A DNA stretch of 63,668 nucleotides, filler included, from Craspedostauros australis (lineage: Eukaryota): NCBI GenBank assembly GCA_030167865.1. It is 8 parts of 8 records of this genome, joined end to end, with 100 filler letters (N's around TTAATTAATTAA, not from the genome) between each part and the next. Parts side by side here need not be neighbours in the genome. Positions count along the whole stretch, not along the records: positions 23,301 to 54,061 come from JALAGF010006506.1; 7 more parts are not named here. One strand, written 5' to 3'. The position numbers and the translations under genes were made by a program. The notes beneath the pieces were generated by a model. The model saw only the letters and a list, made by a program, of their open reading frames with translations, had not been told where the DNA came from and ran no database searches. This document shows, in pieces, positions 36,471 to 49,417 of the stretch. Position 1 is the stretch's first letter, and every line of letters starts with the position of its first letter.

Positions 36471-37595
36471 TCAAGCCACTGTCTTCGAGCCCGCCCGCTG
36501 CGTTTTGGCGCTATGCTGCGACACGGTCGATTCTGACCGTCTCAGGGCAGGAGCCACGCCATTGATTGCGCATCGCATCACGACGAGATCATTTTCATCC
36601 ATACCTTCAACGTGCCGAGCCCTTTCAACTCCATCACGCCATTTCTTTATCATCGCGGAACGCCCTGTTCGAAGAATTGCATCAACGTCGGCCTCGTCGC
36701 GAAATTGGATTGGCGCAGCCTGACATTGCTGCTGCCTTGCTTCTCTGCACGCGCGTCCGCGTTGCCGACGTCTGCATACGCCGAGCTTGTGCAGCGTGAA
36801 CAACACGCCTAATATCGTTCCGAAAAAGGCAATGCCGAAGTACCGCGCCGCGTGATCCTTCAGCAACGCGTCGCTCACGATCAACGACGGTTTCCCGTCC
36901 AAAGAATCGATGATCTCGATTGATGGGGTGGGCAGAATGCCGTTGGATTTCCAGCTTTCGACCTCGTTGCCCTTCATGGTGACATGGACCGGCGACAGGC
37001 CTTGCGCCTGAACAATGTCGTTAATGGTGCCTTCCATCATTCCGACCTCGAATGCCAACTTCACCACGTCCGTCATCATCTCAATTGATTTCTCCTCTAG
37101 CAACTCCATCATTGATTTCTCAGCGGAACCATTGTCCGTGTCTCCATCCAGGTCGACACTTTCGTCGTTTTCCATCTCCGCGTTCATGTTCGCGTTCATG
37201 TTCATGCTCATGATAACCTGCTCGATGAATGCGTCACCGATCTGGACAATTCCAAACTCGATTTCCCATGTGGTGCAGCTCACACCCTCGATGACGTCGT
37301 CACGGACGCTGCGAATCTCACCGCGCTGCAGCACGTTGTGATTCTTATCGCCGTACCTCCCATGAGCAAATGTGTGCGTCGCGGCGCCTGCTGATGATGG
37401 GCAGACGTCACCGCCTTCCATGCCTTGCACCAAGTAGAAGTTACTGCTGCATAGAAATCTGTAGACTGGCTGCAGCAGTCGGTCGCTGATCATGGTGTGG
37501 TTGGAGGCAACGATGCCCGGCTTCCACAGTGTGAATGATAGGACGATCGGCGTCGCCTGAGCCATGGGACTGGCAGGTGCCACGACCACCATCAT
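36471..37595 (-). CDS. Hypothetical single-TM protein; 5' end uncertain
   Basis: 374-aa ORF with TM YFGIAFFGTILGVLFTL followed by basic RRRQR. Confidence 0.65.
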   Translation of the reverse strand: MMVVVAPASPMAQATPIVLSFTLWKPGIVASNHTMISDRLLQPVYRFLCSSNFYLVQGMEGGDVCPSSAGAATHTFAHGRYGDKNHNVLQRGEIRSVRDDVIEGVSCTTWEIEFGIVQIGDAFIEQVIMSMNMNANMNAEMENDESVDLDGDTDNGSAEKSMMELLEEKSIEMMTDVVKLAFEVGMMEGTINDIVQAQGLSPVHVTMKGNEVESWKSNGILPTPSIEIIDSLDGKPSLIVSDALLKDHAARYFGIAFFGTILGVLFTLHKLGVCRRRQRGRACREARQQQCQAAPIQFRDEADVDAILRTGRSAMIKKWRDGVERARHVEGMDENDLVVMRCAINGVAPALRRSESTVSQHSAKTQRAGSKTVA

Positions 37596-38306
37596 TCAGT
37601 TCCCGCACGATGGGGCATGTGGTTCGTTGAGCCCATGCGATACGGATTGTTTTCGATTTCGCTTAGAGCAGAGTAATCCTATGTGCGCCGAGTCGGTCAG
37701 AGGAGAGGTGAAAAGAGAAAAGAACACTGCTGCGAGTGTTGCAACAAGAGGAGGAAGCAGTTGCGGTTGGTAGCTTGTGGTTTGTGAGAAATGATGATGA
37801 CCCTCCTACGACTGCAATCACTCGAGCAGGATAATTCTGCTGCTGCTGCTGCTACTGCTACTGCTCCCATGTGGCCAGAGTTTGACGATGGTGGTCCGCT
37901 CTTCTTTGGTCGATGCTGCCATGCGATACGACGTCCCACTGCCCTTTCTTTGTCACCAAATCTGTTTTTTTGTCAACCAGCGCCAAATTTTGTGAGATGA
38001 ACACACGATAATTTATAGTATACCAATAGATAAGTATACTGTCTAAGTGACAACAACGAGAAAACGTGTAGGCACATAGGACCACGAGACTGGTATCTGT
38101 CCAATCCCAGCGAAGACGGATTGTGCGTCGGTATCAACCACAGCACAAAACCAGACGCAGCTACACATCCCGAAGTAGGTCGTACTCTGCACCGAACAGC
38201 TACTCTTGATTCATGACAACGGTCGTCGACAATGACGTTAAAACGAACTTAGCTACCGGCGTCTATCTGATGACATTACATTCGGCTGTCCCATGTTCAA
38301 TCCACT

Positions 38307-39551
38307 CTACTCGTCGTCATCATCGAAGAAATCGTCGATGTCTTCGTCTTCGTCGCTGGCGACCTCACTATCACTGCCGCCATCGCTGCCATCATCACTG
38401 ACATCGTCGTCGTCGCTCATACCAGAATCTTCGCTCTCTTCACCATCCCATGCTCCATCTTCATCTTCGTCCGTGGCTGCTGAGTCAGCTGAGCCATTGA
38501 CCTTGGCAGCACCATTGCCATCATCAACTTCGATCTGGGATCCGGCACCGACTGTCAACGGAAGTCGGCTTTCCAACAATTCGCTCTCAAGGTCGATGAG
38601 CCGTTCCTTCACGAAACCTACCAACCTAAAGTAGACGACGGCAAGCATTTTGAACACAATCTGCCCCATCAGGAACTTGAACGGGAATGCGGCATGCACG
38701 AATCGCGCCCACGAGAACCACGAGGACCAAACGAAGGATGACACCAGGAAGCGGTTGACGATGTACTCCAGAAGCGGCAGGAAGATGATGGACGATATGA
38801 TCATGGCCATGGCCATGACGTAGTTCAACCGCGATCCTTGCAGGAGGTTGTGCAGTAGGAACCCCTCGACGCCCGTATGCTGCAGCACGGAGTACTCGGA
38901 GGAGGGATCGAACCAACTTCGGAGGATGGAGTACTTATCGAACCACATGCCCTCAACCTTGGATGGATCGGTGCGACGCATCTGGTTCAGCAACTTCAGC
39001 GTGATCCATTCCGTCGAGTTGAGCGGTGCGATGACCTTCGTGTTGATCTGCGCATCGAAGCAGACCAGGCACGTCTTGCGCTCCTTCACGGTGACCATCG
39101 CGCAGTCCCAGTCCACCGGCTTGGGCCGCGCTCTATCTGGCGTGGTGACGGCATCGACCAACGTCGTGATGGGAAGTCCGCGTCGTGCCATCTCCTCACT
39201 CAGCAACGTGGCTCGCAGTTGCAGCAGGACCTGCTGTTGCATTCTGTAGTTGCGCAGTTTGACGTAATCTGGATGGTCCATCACGCTCTCGCTTTTCGAT
39301 TCCTCGACATCCTCCTCCTCTTCATCATCATCATCTTCGTCTTCCGTCGACATGGTGGATCCGCCTCGCACCATGATCCATGGCCGACGATCGCTGGCAA
39401 TCAGTCTGTTGTGTTTCTTCATCGTGGATGGATGCCGCATTCTCTGCACATTATGTATGTGGACGGAACCGTGGATGGACGTCGCCATCATCAGCACGTG
39501 GCTGACCAGCACGGCAACGGCGATCATCAGTGATTGTTGGCCTCGTACCAT
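38307..39551 (-). CDS. Hypothetical membrane protein: signal peptide, VRGG + acidic tract, 2-3 TMs, acidic tail
   Basis: 414-aa ORF with coding-like composition; VDWDCA...KTCL, RRTDPSKVEGMW; hydrophobic helices in the C-terminal half. Confidence 0.8.
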   Translation of the reverse strand: MVRGQQSLMIAVAVLVSHVLMMATSIHGSVHIHNVQRMRHPSTMKKHNRLIASDRRPWIMVRGGSTMSTEDEDDDDEEEEDVEESKSESVMDHPDYVKLRNYRMQQQVLLQLRATLLSEEMARRGLPITTLVDAVTTPDRARPKPVDWDCAMVTVKERKTCLVCFDAQINTKVIAPLNSTEWITLKLLNQMRRTDPSKVEGMWFDKYSILRSWFDPSSEYSVLQHTGVEGFLLHNLLQGSRLNYVMAMAMIISSIIFLPLLEYIVNRFLVSSFVWSSWFSWARFVHAAFPFKFLMGQIVFKMLAVVYFRLVGFVKERLIDLESELLESRLPLTVGAGSQIEVDDGNGAAKVNGSADSAATDEDEDGAWDGEESEDSGMSDDDDVSDDGSDGGSDSEVASDEDEDIDDFFDDDDE

Positions 39552-40063
39552 CGTTCAGTCTGCTTGTCAGGAGATGTGGAGTGTTGGGAATTGTATGAAA
39601 CGAGTATGTATGCCCAAACGTCCAATGTTTGTGTGTGATGCTGTTGTCGCTTGTTTTCCTCACAATTTGGTGCTTTGTGTTGTTTGTGGACGTTTCGTCG
39701 CGTGTTTTCGTGGAGTTGTGTGCGCAGAGATTGGTTTGTTGGCTCTTTCAGAGATGGATCTACACGTGGAAATGAAATATCTTCCCGAAAAAGCAGAACT
39801 ATCTCGTAGTACCTCATGGTATATCGGTGATGCAAAGGATACTATGTGCAAAGGGGTATCATGTTGAATTGGCGAATCTGACTCACACTCCAACATTTCC
39901 CATCTCATTTCTTTCTTCATCACGGGAACAAGTCACATCATGTCTCCTGGTATCAAGGCAACATCAACAGATCTCAGAACACAAATCCAAATGGAGCCTC
40001 GTCCCATGCTCCAAGCCAAGCCAAGCCAAGCCAAGCGTGAGTAAAAGTAAACTCTAACCAACG

Positions 40064-40753
40064 ATGAAGTCGCCCACCCTCCTCGCTCTCGCTGCCGCGG
40101 CCTGCATCGCCGCACCCGCGTCCGTCACCGCGGAGGAATACCTCAACGTCTACGGCAACGAGCTGCAACCATGCTCGCAGAATGGCATGGCGCGCACCGG
40201 ATACACGCGCACGGGATACTGCGTCGATCGCAACGATGACGCCGGATCGCATCACATCTGCATCGACGTGTCCACGAGCACGGGCGGCAACTTCTGCGAA
40301 GTCACGGGACAGTCCGACTGGTGCTCCGCGTGGGGGGCCTGCAACGAGGACAGCAGCCAGGATTGCCAGATCCAGAACTGGTGCGTCTGCCAGTGGGCCT
40401 TCGCGAGCTATCTGCAGTACGCGGGCGGGTGCAGCAAGATTCAGGATATCGTGTGCGACAGCATCAATATTCATGCCGTGCGCGCCTACGCTGCGGCCGC
40501 AGGAGCCAAGTACCGCAACGCGCTCGACTGTCTGGCCAGTCGCTGCGACCTCGATCTTTCCAACGAGTCGCTGTACGGTGTCGTGGCATCCGCCTCGGGG
40601 GGCCAGGTGAGGACGCTTGTGTTCATCGTTGCGCTTGCTGCCGCCGCTGTCTTTGGAGGCGTGCTGTGGTACAGGTCACGCAAGGCGCAAGAACAGCAAA
40701 ACAACTTGGGCCAGAAGCTGGTTCCTCAATCTGCCGACCAGCACCTCGCGTGA
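40064..40753 (+). CDS. DUF2237-like Cys-rich protein with signal peptide and C-terminal TM
   Basis: NVYGNELQPCS...TGYTRTGYC...DAGSHHICI...WCVCQWAF pattern; strong codon bias. Confidence 0.82.
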   Translation: MKSPTLLALAAAACIAAPASVTAEEYLNVYGNELQPCSQNGMARTGYTRTGYCVDRNDDAGSHHICIDVSTSTGGNFCEVTGQSDWCSAWGACNEDSSQDCQIQNWCVCQWAFASYLQYAGGCSKIQDIVCDSINIHAVRAYAAAAGAKYRNALDCLASRCDLDLSNESLYGVVASASGGQVRTLVFIVALAAAAVFGGVLWYRSRKAQEQQNNLGQKLVPQSADQHLA

Positions 40754-41904
40754 CCGCTCGAGATGCGCTGAATGGATGGTGCGAGAAGAATAGGAGTAGG
40801 AGAAGAAGGGAGACGTGAAAGAAGAGGAGTGCTGATCTTCATTTGATGTGTTGTTGTTTTACTATTACTATGTACTCTACGATTAATAGACTGCTCTCGA
40901 GTGTGCCACATTAACACTCTGCGCGATTACCAAACCGTACCACACTACTCTATTCGACAACGCCTTGCGGGTTCCTCCTCATTCTATGCGAATTTGACTG
41001 CATCAGGAGTCAATGAAATGAATTCAGGATCCGCATTGGAGGTCTCAATCATTCCCGCGAAGCAATGCAAAGATGCTGTCGGTCAGACGGATAATCAGAA
41101 GTGCACAGTCCAATACTCACACTGTGTAGCAGCATGTAGCTTCGAAAGGTCAAGGCTAATCATATAATAGGCCGTGGAGTAGAGTAGAGTAAAGCGGAAT
41201 AATCCCAGAATCTGTTGAAGAGGATGTGTACGTATCCAACAACGATGAACACAACTTCGCTGGATGACGTGAGTGATGATGAAATTCCGGAGCAGAAGCA
41301 ATGCGAATTAGCGCTTCGTGATGTTGGAATCTCTGAGAAATGGGCGTAAGCGGCCATTCAATTCTGCAGGTTGGCAGAAATGTGGCCTAAAATAGGCCTA
41401 CTTGCGATACTTCATTGGGCAAAAGTACGAGCAGTGTTGGTACAATGCGGCTGGTGTCTGCGAAGCGTTTCGTTTGCACTGGCCAAGAATGCGGTGACTT
41501 GTGTTTTACGAAGCGGTAGTACGTTTTTGCCTCAAAAGCGAAAAAACAAACGACTGCCTCACCAGCACTGCCACAGAACACGTACACCAAACGGTTCTTC
41601 AAAACGTCCGGTTGTGGCAAAGCGTCATCATCCACCACATCGGTTGTCCTCACACATTGGATTGCACAAGTTCATCAGCAGCCAATGCATTGACAAGAGC
41701 CAAGATCACGCCAGATCACGCATCATACCCCTCACTCTATTCTCCGACGTTTGACACAGATTCGTTCGTCGGTTTCCAGCGACAACACAACTTGGCAACA
41801 CTCATTGCATCATCGCAGCATCACAGATCAGAACAAGACAGAATACTCTCGTACTCCACTCCACTCTGATCCACACTCTGCCTACCAACCAATAGAGACC
41901 AACG

Positions 41905-42854
41905 ATGAACGCGACACCCATGGCGCTCCTCGCCGTCCTTGTCATCCTCGCGCTGCACACGAGCAACGCATCGACATCATCCGCGAACATCAACCTCGAT
42001 GGCATCAGCCCGTGTCCGCCGCAGGAATCTCAAACCAGAGCCGTGCCTGTGACGTTCGTGGCAGATACGCGGCTGCCCACCGATGTGGGACAGTTCCGTC
42101 TGCGCGCCTATCGAATAGATGCCGCGAATCCGAATGAGCATATCGGCACAGAACCGTGCGTCATCTACTGCGCCACCAAGAGTCCGTTTGGTTCGGACGG
42201 CAAGCTCATGGAAGGCGTTCCGATTCGAGTTCATGATCAGTGCATGACGTCCGAAGTCTTTCGCAGTCAGAGGTATGTGCTGGTATTGTGCATGCATTCG
42301 TGTATTGTTCCATTTGGTTGTGGTGGATTGCGTGCTGACCCATCGAATCGCCTCTCTCACACTGCCTCCACACAAACAGATGCGACTGCAAGGAACAATT
42401 GAAATTGGCGATGGAATATATTCGCGACAACGGCGGTGCCATCATCTACCTGCAGCAGGAAGGCCGCGGCATCGGTTTGGCCAACAAGGTGGCCGCATAC
42501 GCCATGCAGGATGCGGGTTGCGACACGGTCGACGCCAACCGCCATTTGGGATTCCCTGACGATGCACGTCAGTACGGCGTCGTGCCATCCATTCTGGCCG
42601 ATATGCAGATTGGGAGCATCCAGCTGCTGTCGAACAATCCGCGCAAATTGGAGAAGCTGACGGCGATGGGGGTCGAGGTGATCGGCATGGTGCCCGTTGT
42701 CATTCCGGAGACCAATCCGTACAATCAGCAGTATTTGGCCACGAAGCAGACGAGGATGAATCACGAGAATTTGGACTCGCTGTTTGCCAAGACGCCGGGC
42801 AAACACATGTTGCCACGCGCCCACTTGTCAAGAGCTGGAGCATCCGACAGATGA
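41905..42854 (+). CDS. ribA: GTP cyclohydrolase II (monofunctional), N-terminal signal-like peptide; exons 41905-42272, 42380-42854
   Basis: LPTDVGQF, RVHDQCMTSEVFRSQR|CDC (three Zn-binding Cys), YLQQEGRGIGLANK, DTVDAN..LG, LLSNNPRK, N..YL.TK..RMNH. Confidence 0.95.
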
Positions 42855-43200
42855 ACGAGCATACTACTGGAGTGGAGCAAAATGTTACGAGCATTACACA
42901 ACGTATTAATCGCTATCATATGCTAAATTGCATGCAATGCCATACAGTGCATACGAAAGCGCATGGTGCTTGCCAAAAAGAGACGCAACGAGGTGGTGAA
43001 GGGGGAGGGAAACAAGTGTATTGTGCACGATACCCTGCAAGAGTGAAAGACTCGTCGAGCTCCTACAATGTTCAACCAGTCGTACAGATAACTGCCTTGT
43101 TCTGCACCTGGGCGTAGAGTACACGATTTGCGAACGAAGGGGGTATTACATTAGAGTAAGGTTGTTGCATCGCCATGCGTGCAATGAACGCGCCATGGTT

Positions 43201-44917
43201 TTACTCTTCCAAGTCAACTGGATCAATGAGGAATTCGGAAAAGTCCTTGAGCTTGTCGGTGCCTCTGACCTCGTAATCAAGCAATGGCATGAGGGTGACG
43301 TGGAAGTCTTCACCGTAGAGATCGAAGCACTGTCCGATGTACTTGTCCTGCATTCTTTTTCGCGCCATCATCTTGGAGCAGATTTCCTGGGCCTCGCTGG
43401 GTAACGATGCCTTGGTCTTGTCGTACCACTCCGCCAGCTCCTCGGCGTCCTTCTCCGGGAAGATGACCTGGTTGACGACGATGTTGTGTGCGTCGATTCC
43501 GAACTTGGACAATTCCTGGACCAATCGCTCCGTCTCGTAAATGGACAAGAATTCTGGGATGCAGACGCAAACCTGTTCGTGAAGGAATTCAGTTGAGCAG
43601 TTGAGTGGGACATTGTGTTGAATTGGCAAGAGACACACAGAGAGAAGATGGGGAACAGATGAGTATCAGAGAAGTAATGTTGCGACAACCAGAAATTTGA
43701 CGTTCGACGTGGCACTTCACACCAAAGCAAAGGACACCGCTCTACTCGTCCATGTTGCCACCGCAATTGAGGAATAATACTCACGAAAGTGGTGAGAGCC
43801 GGGTCTTGGAAGGCATCGTTGACCTTGTTGATGACGGCGCGCGTATCCTCGAGACGGCCCAAGATGGCGTCCTGGGCGTTGGCTGGGTTGGAACCGCTAC
43901 CGAGCATCGCGGTCGCCTGTCCGATCAAACCTCCGAATCGGTCCTTCAATTCCATGACCTTGCCGAGCGCCTTTTCCAAGATGGTTGGGAAGGAGAGCAA
44001 TCGCAGCGTGTGACCGGTGGGAGCAGTGTCGAAGACAACAACGTCGAAGTCGAGGCCCTGCACCTGCTTCATGAGCTCGGAGAAGGACATGGCCTCGTCG
44101 ATACCTGGGATGCTGGAAGTGAGTTCGGACATCATGGCGGAAAGACCGTCGTCATCGTCCGTTCCCTGCTCCTGCATGTTTCGCTGCATCTCCTCCATGT
44201 CATTGTTGGCATCGATCTCCATGGCGCAGAGGTTGTCGAAGCCCTGGATTGGGGTTGGCTCGCGGCCGATCTTTTGGCAGAAGGCATCACTCAGGTTGTG
44301 CGCTGGATCAGTGGACACGATCAACACCTGCAATAGCAACGGTTGCGATGACAGTGGTATTGATGGCAATGGTGTTGATGATGATAAATAGAGATTGAGT
44401 CCGAGGGTGTTGGTGGGAGAGAGGAATTCACTGTCCAATAGACGCAATTCAGGTTGAGAGAGGTTCGATTGTTTGTGAATGAATTGGTGGCGAGTAATGT
44501 CGTAGCATGATTGACGAATTCATTCATTCAAACACTCCAGAGAGCCACGAGCAGAGCGAGGTCCTGTACGACTATTCCATGAATCCTTGTGCCATGGTGG
44601 AGTCATGGATGCAGAAATCCCCCAAGGTCACACAGCACCAAGTCCACCTTCCTCCGGCCAACCACACCCAATCTACTTCGCCATGCACATAACAATGCAC
44701 AACACAATGCACATAACAATGCAATGAAACCACCCCACGAAGTAGAACGCACCTTCTTCCTGCTCTTGGCAAGCTGAACACCCAAGCAGCAGCTGGTGGT
44801 CGTCTTTCCGACTCCTCCCTTGCCACCAACAAAGACCCATTGCAGCGACTTCTGGTCGATGATGTTCTTCAACGATGGCTCTGGAAGGTCTCCATCATCA
44901 ATCTCAACGTCTGTCAT
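43201..44917 (-). CDS. ASNA1: GET3/ASNA1 ATPase (tail-anchored protein targeting); exons 44917-44753, 44327-43785, 43572-43201
   Basis: [64 protein letters not shown] introns in frame. Confidence 0.97.
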
Positions 44918-45457
44918 CTTCGCGGCTGGTATCGTCTCGGTCGCTCTTCGAAGGTTGGTATGTACGGTATGCTGTCTGGGGAGCGCCTCTTTGTATGATG
45001 AATGCTCGAGTATGCCACGAACCGCGGATGTCGGACCATGTGACTGCGCTGATGCCGTGTTCCGCCCATCGTCGTTGGCGTCAAGAGACCAGCGACAATC
45101 GACGGCAGGGATCGTCACGCATCATCGCCAGGTCGCAATTCAAAAAATGACAAATCACATCTTGCGTGACGACGGACGGACGATGGGCTTTCAATCTCGA
45201 TTCCCTTGATCCAATCCAAACTTCTTCATGATTGAATATTCAAACGTGACTGAAACCAAGGAAGGGAGATGTTGATGGTAGACAAGAGCAGGCAAAGAGG
45301 GTCGATCGCGCAACTTCGTGTTCCCTCATCAAGATGTGGTCACGACGAGCCTACTATATGTAGTACATGTTTTACTGGTTTATCACAAAATGCGTATGTT
45401 TATGGTACATGAGTGTGAACTGACTTACATCACCAAGAGTACGGTAGATGCAGTGTT

Positions 45458-48400
45458 CTAAGGAACGCGGGGACTGCTGTGGAATGCGCGGATCTCTCCG
45501 ATCTTGATGGTCTTCTCGAGGGTCTTGACGATGTCCTTCAGGATCATGAGCTGATCGCTGGCCGCCGATTCCTCCTCTTTGGCCCACAGCGACATCAGCG
45601 AGATCACCCGCTCGGTGGACGATTCACGAGATCTCGAGAGGCGGCGGATCGCGAGATCGTGGAGTTCGCTCTTTAGCGTCTTGCTTTCCAGATGGGCCTC
45701 CTTGGCCTCCTTCACGGCCGTGTGGGACACCGTCAGGTCCACGTTCTCGAGCTTGTCCTTCAGCTTGCCGACGAGTTGCGGCATCTTGCGTTTCGCGATG
45801 TTGATGGCGGATGTCAGATCAGTCTTCTTCTCGAATGCTGTTGATTGCATGATCAAGGTACATGGTTACGTGATGGCATGACGACATGACCATCGCGCAG
45901 GTGACGTCGACGAGAATGGAATAGTGCAAAAGAGCAGAGCATTGGCATCAAAGTCGGATGTGTATGGTGTGAGATGTTGGAGAGCAGAGGGGGTCATTTG
46001 GAATTGCATTCAAGGTCCAAGTCACAGTCGGTGGTCACGCATGGTAAGCACCAAAACAAGTCAAATCAGTTAAGGACCAAACGTACCTGCCAAAGTCTTC
46101 GTTCTGGACTGATTGAAATGCTTCTCCAATTGAATGCCAACGCATTCCATGAACACAAAGCTCTCGATGTGTTCCACGCGTTCGTTGTATTCCTGCAGCA
46201 GCGCCTCCAGGCTGTCCACCAGCCACTTCGTCTCGCTCCTGCGTTTCTCCGTGTAAGCGCGGAATGGCTTGCCGCAGGATCCCGTCCTCGACACCTCCCA
46301 ACCGCAGGGATCGTTCAACGCGATGCCTGCATCTCGCAATCGTCGTAAAGAGGCGCTGTCCAACGACAGCGAATCATCCTGCGCCGAGATGCAATTTCCC
46401 GACAGCATGTGCTTCAGCTCCGTCATGAAGCTTGACAAAAGCTCTCCGTATTCGTGCTGACCGTCGCTCGTTGCCACATCTCTCAGCATCGCCAACGCCT
46501 CCTCGCACTGTTCGACATGCTCTCGAAGACCCACGGCGAATTTGCGCACCTGCCGTAGTTCTCGCGTTGTCTCTTCGACTCGCACACTGGCATCGTCCAC
46601 GCCGACAGCCTCCATGATTGCCATGGAGAGCTTTGGGTTCCAACGTCCGACGCGTTCGCGACAAATCTGGAACGCCTTATCGCGCAATGCGGCCTTCGCG
46701 GCTTCCTCATTCTCCACGCCCTTGTCGATTTCGACGCCCTGCTCGATCTCCTCCGTGGTGCCGTCATCCTCCTTCAGGAACTTCTTGTTGTTGCTGATGT
46801 TCACGATGCGTTGCACGAGCTGCATCTCCGTCGCGTGGTCCTCCTTGACGCCGGTATGATGCTTGTTGATGAGTTTCGTGATGGATTCTTTCGACGCGAC
46901 CGACACCTTGCCGCGCAACGTTGTGGCGGCAGAATGCAGGACCGCGCATTGCACAGCCTCGACGTTGAAGTACCGGTAGGCCATGCGGCAGGTTCGCATC
47001 TTGCTGGATTTGCACATGGACGTGAGCACGTCCTTGAGGACCACCTCGTTGCGGAGGACGTTGTCCTGCACCATGTGCACCTGCTGCTGTTGCTGCAGCT
47101 GTTCTTCATCGGACATGATGGAGGTGTTGGCGGTGTTGTTGTCACCTTCCCCGCCTCCCAGCTGCTTGTGGACCACCCGAATACCGGCCCTGAGCTGGTC
47201 CGTCAACGACGTTGGCTGTTCCGACTGCGGTGACCTGCTGGGTGAAGTGGGAGCGCTGGCAGGCGTGGATGTAGCAGAACGGTGCTTCGCTGCATGCTTC
47301 TGTATGTGAACGCACTGTGCCACGCCATGCAGGTATGCTTCCGTGGATGGACCGATCGCGCTGAGGTCTGCAACGTAGGCAGAGACGAACGGTTGCAACG
47401 CTTCCAACGCCGGGATGGACCGCTCCAACTTCTGCCGCGCCAGGATTCGCAAGCAATCATCCACAACCGACTTTTGCAATTTGCGATACGGAAAATGCAG
47501 CGTGTGTCGCTTGGCCGATTCGCCAAACTTGGTCGTCTCGATATCCTTCTCGAAGGAGAATAGGTTGGACAGGGAGATCGCGAATCTCTTCCACGCTCCA
47601 CCGGCCTTCTGTTCGTACTCCGCCCACAGCCTGGCCTTCTCGAGCGTGATCAAACAGCGCCGGCGCCAGTTCCACACCAGCTCCTTCTCCGCCTTGATCA
47701 ATTCGAGGTGGTTGACAAAGTTGGATTCGTCCGCAAACGCTGCACCCTCGACCGTGGCCATGTCCACCATGGAGTCCTGAACGTGCAACGAACGTGCATC
47801 GCCCAACGCCGGCGAGGAGCAGTTCGCTATGGACAGGGGAAATCGCATTGCTCCGCGTTGCTGGCGGTACTTATTGTGATGCATCGCCATCTGGTCGTCG
47901 CTGACATTCTGCCATGCACCGTCGCCGCACAGATCCGTTCCGAGCCATGCCCAGAGCGTCGTTGTGATGCGAGGTCCGTATTGCGTCGCGTGATCATTCT
48001 TCGTCTCCTCCTGATCTGAAAACAGAATGCTGACAGGGGTGAGAGCGACGTCCATCGGATGCGGCAGGTCGTAGGGATGCGAGCAACGGTGGAAGAATGT
48101 TTCCACTGATTCTGATCCCAACAAGTCGATGCCCTCTCGTGACACAATCCATTCACCTGCGGTTTCATCGTTCATCATTCATGATGGATGATCCAGTGAT
48201 ACCGAAGAAGTGAACAAGTACAGCAAGTGGAGCGATTGTTGAGTACAGATTGAGAATCACGCATAGTCATTGAAAGAAAGTGATTGCCAATCCAAGATAT
48301 ATGCTGGTCGGTGCTTCAATGGTAGATGTTGCAGCCTGAAATAGAATCCGACTGAACCCGTGACACAAGACGCACCTTGCCCCCGAATCCCGTTGAGCAC

Positions 48401-49417
48401 GTCGCTCAGCCATTCCTGCAGCAAGGATTCATCGACTTCCGTCAGAACGTCGTTCAAATCGCCCGGAATCCCTAGCTTGATCGCGAGACTGGGAATAATC
48501 AACGCCCCCTGAAATTCATGATGCAAGGCCTGCTCCAGCCAACAGAAATGCGACAAGGATCGCAGCGTGATGTTTGGATCCGTGTACTCGACCGCGTCGT
48601 CATCGCGACGGAAGGAGACGCCGACTCGGTACTTCCATGACTGTTCGTCCCATTCGGCCGGTGAGACGTGGACGCGCCATGGCATGACGGCGTCGATGTG
48701 CTCGCGGCCGAAGGGGCGGTTGAAGAACTCCTGGACGAACTGCTGCGATTGTGATATTTGGTGCTTGGGTGGTGGTTTGCCGTCGCCCAGAGACGATGCT
48801 CTGAGGACCGTTTCCGCATTGTGGCTGACGGGGACGGTGGATGGAGCTGGTGAGCTGGCGGTTCCACCGATGAGCGGTGCGTCCTTGGCATTCGATGCGG
48901 GTTCCGCAGCGTTGGACGATGCATCCAAGGGCGGCGCCGCCCTGAGGATGGACTTGAGGCCCTGCTTTGCCTTGGACTTGGAGCTGGCCTTGTTGTTCTT
49001 GTTCGAAGGACTGGCGCGTGGGCTCTGTCCTGGCTGCCTCTCCGGGATGTACATGACCTTCTTCGTGCTGCCGCGCTTCTGCGTGGGTGAAACAACGCCG
49101 CTCTTCCTGCCTTTGGAGGCCGTCGGCGATGAGACGCCAGTATCCGCCGGCCAGCCATCGGGCGTGGCTGCTCCGAATGGATCCGTTCCGAACGCATCGC
49201 CGAAAGCGTCGCTGGATTGCTTCGAGCTCGCAGCATTGCTGTTGCTGTTGCGGAACAACCGCGTCCTCCACGTCTTCTTCTCATTGCCGAAGCCTCCGCG
49301 AGAGGCCTTCTTTCCTTTCGCTGGGGTCAGGTCGTCTGACAGCATCACCGGGCTGGATTCGGTGGATCTCAGCAACGACACTTGTCCCTTCTTTGATGGA
49401 ATGCGGGCTTTCATCAT
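45458..49417 (-). CDS. Large PX-like plus helical (BAR-like) protein, sorting-nexin-like; exons about 49417-48376, 48156-46087, 45837-45458
   Basis: Degenerate PX segment YRVGV...LRSLSHFCWLEQAL..EF.GALIIPSL, then long amphipathic helices. Splices Q|GEW and A|AFE are in frame. Start codon uncertain. Confidence 0.7.

Noticed and set aside
40011..40034. Short microsatellites: (CCAAG)n here, (AACCAC)n near 55980, (CAA)n tracts
   Set aside because: Ordinary UTR/intergenic simple repeats.
41265..41270. TGACGT (bZIP/aureochrome-type site) upstream of ribA; similar ACGTCACGTG near 34904
   Set aside because: Hexamers are expected by chance about every 2 kb; no conservation data.
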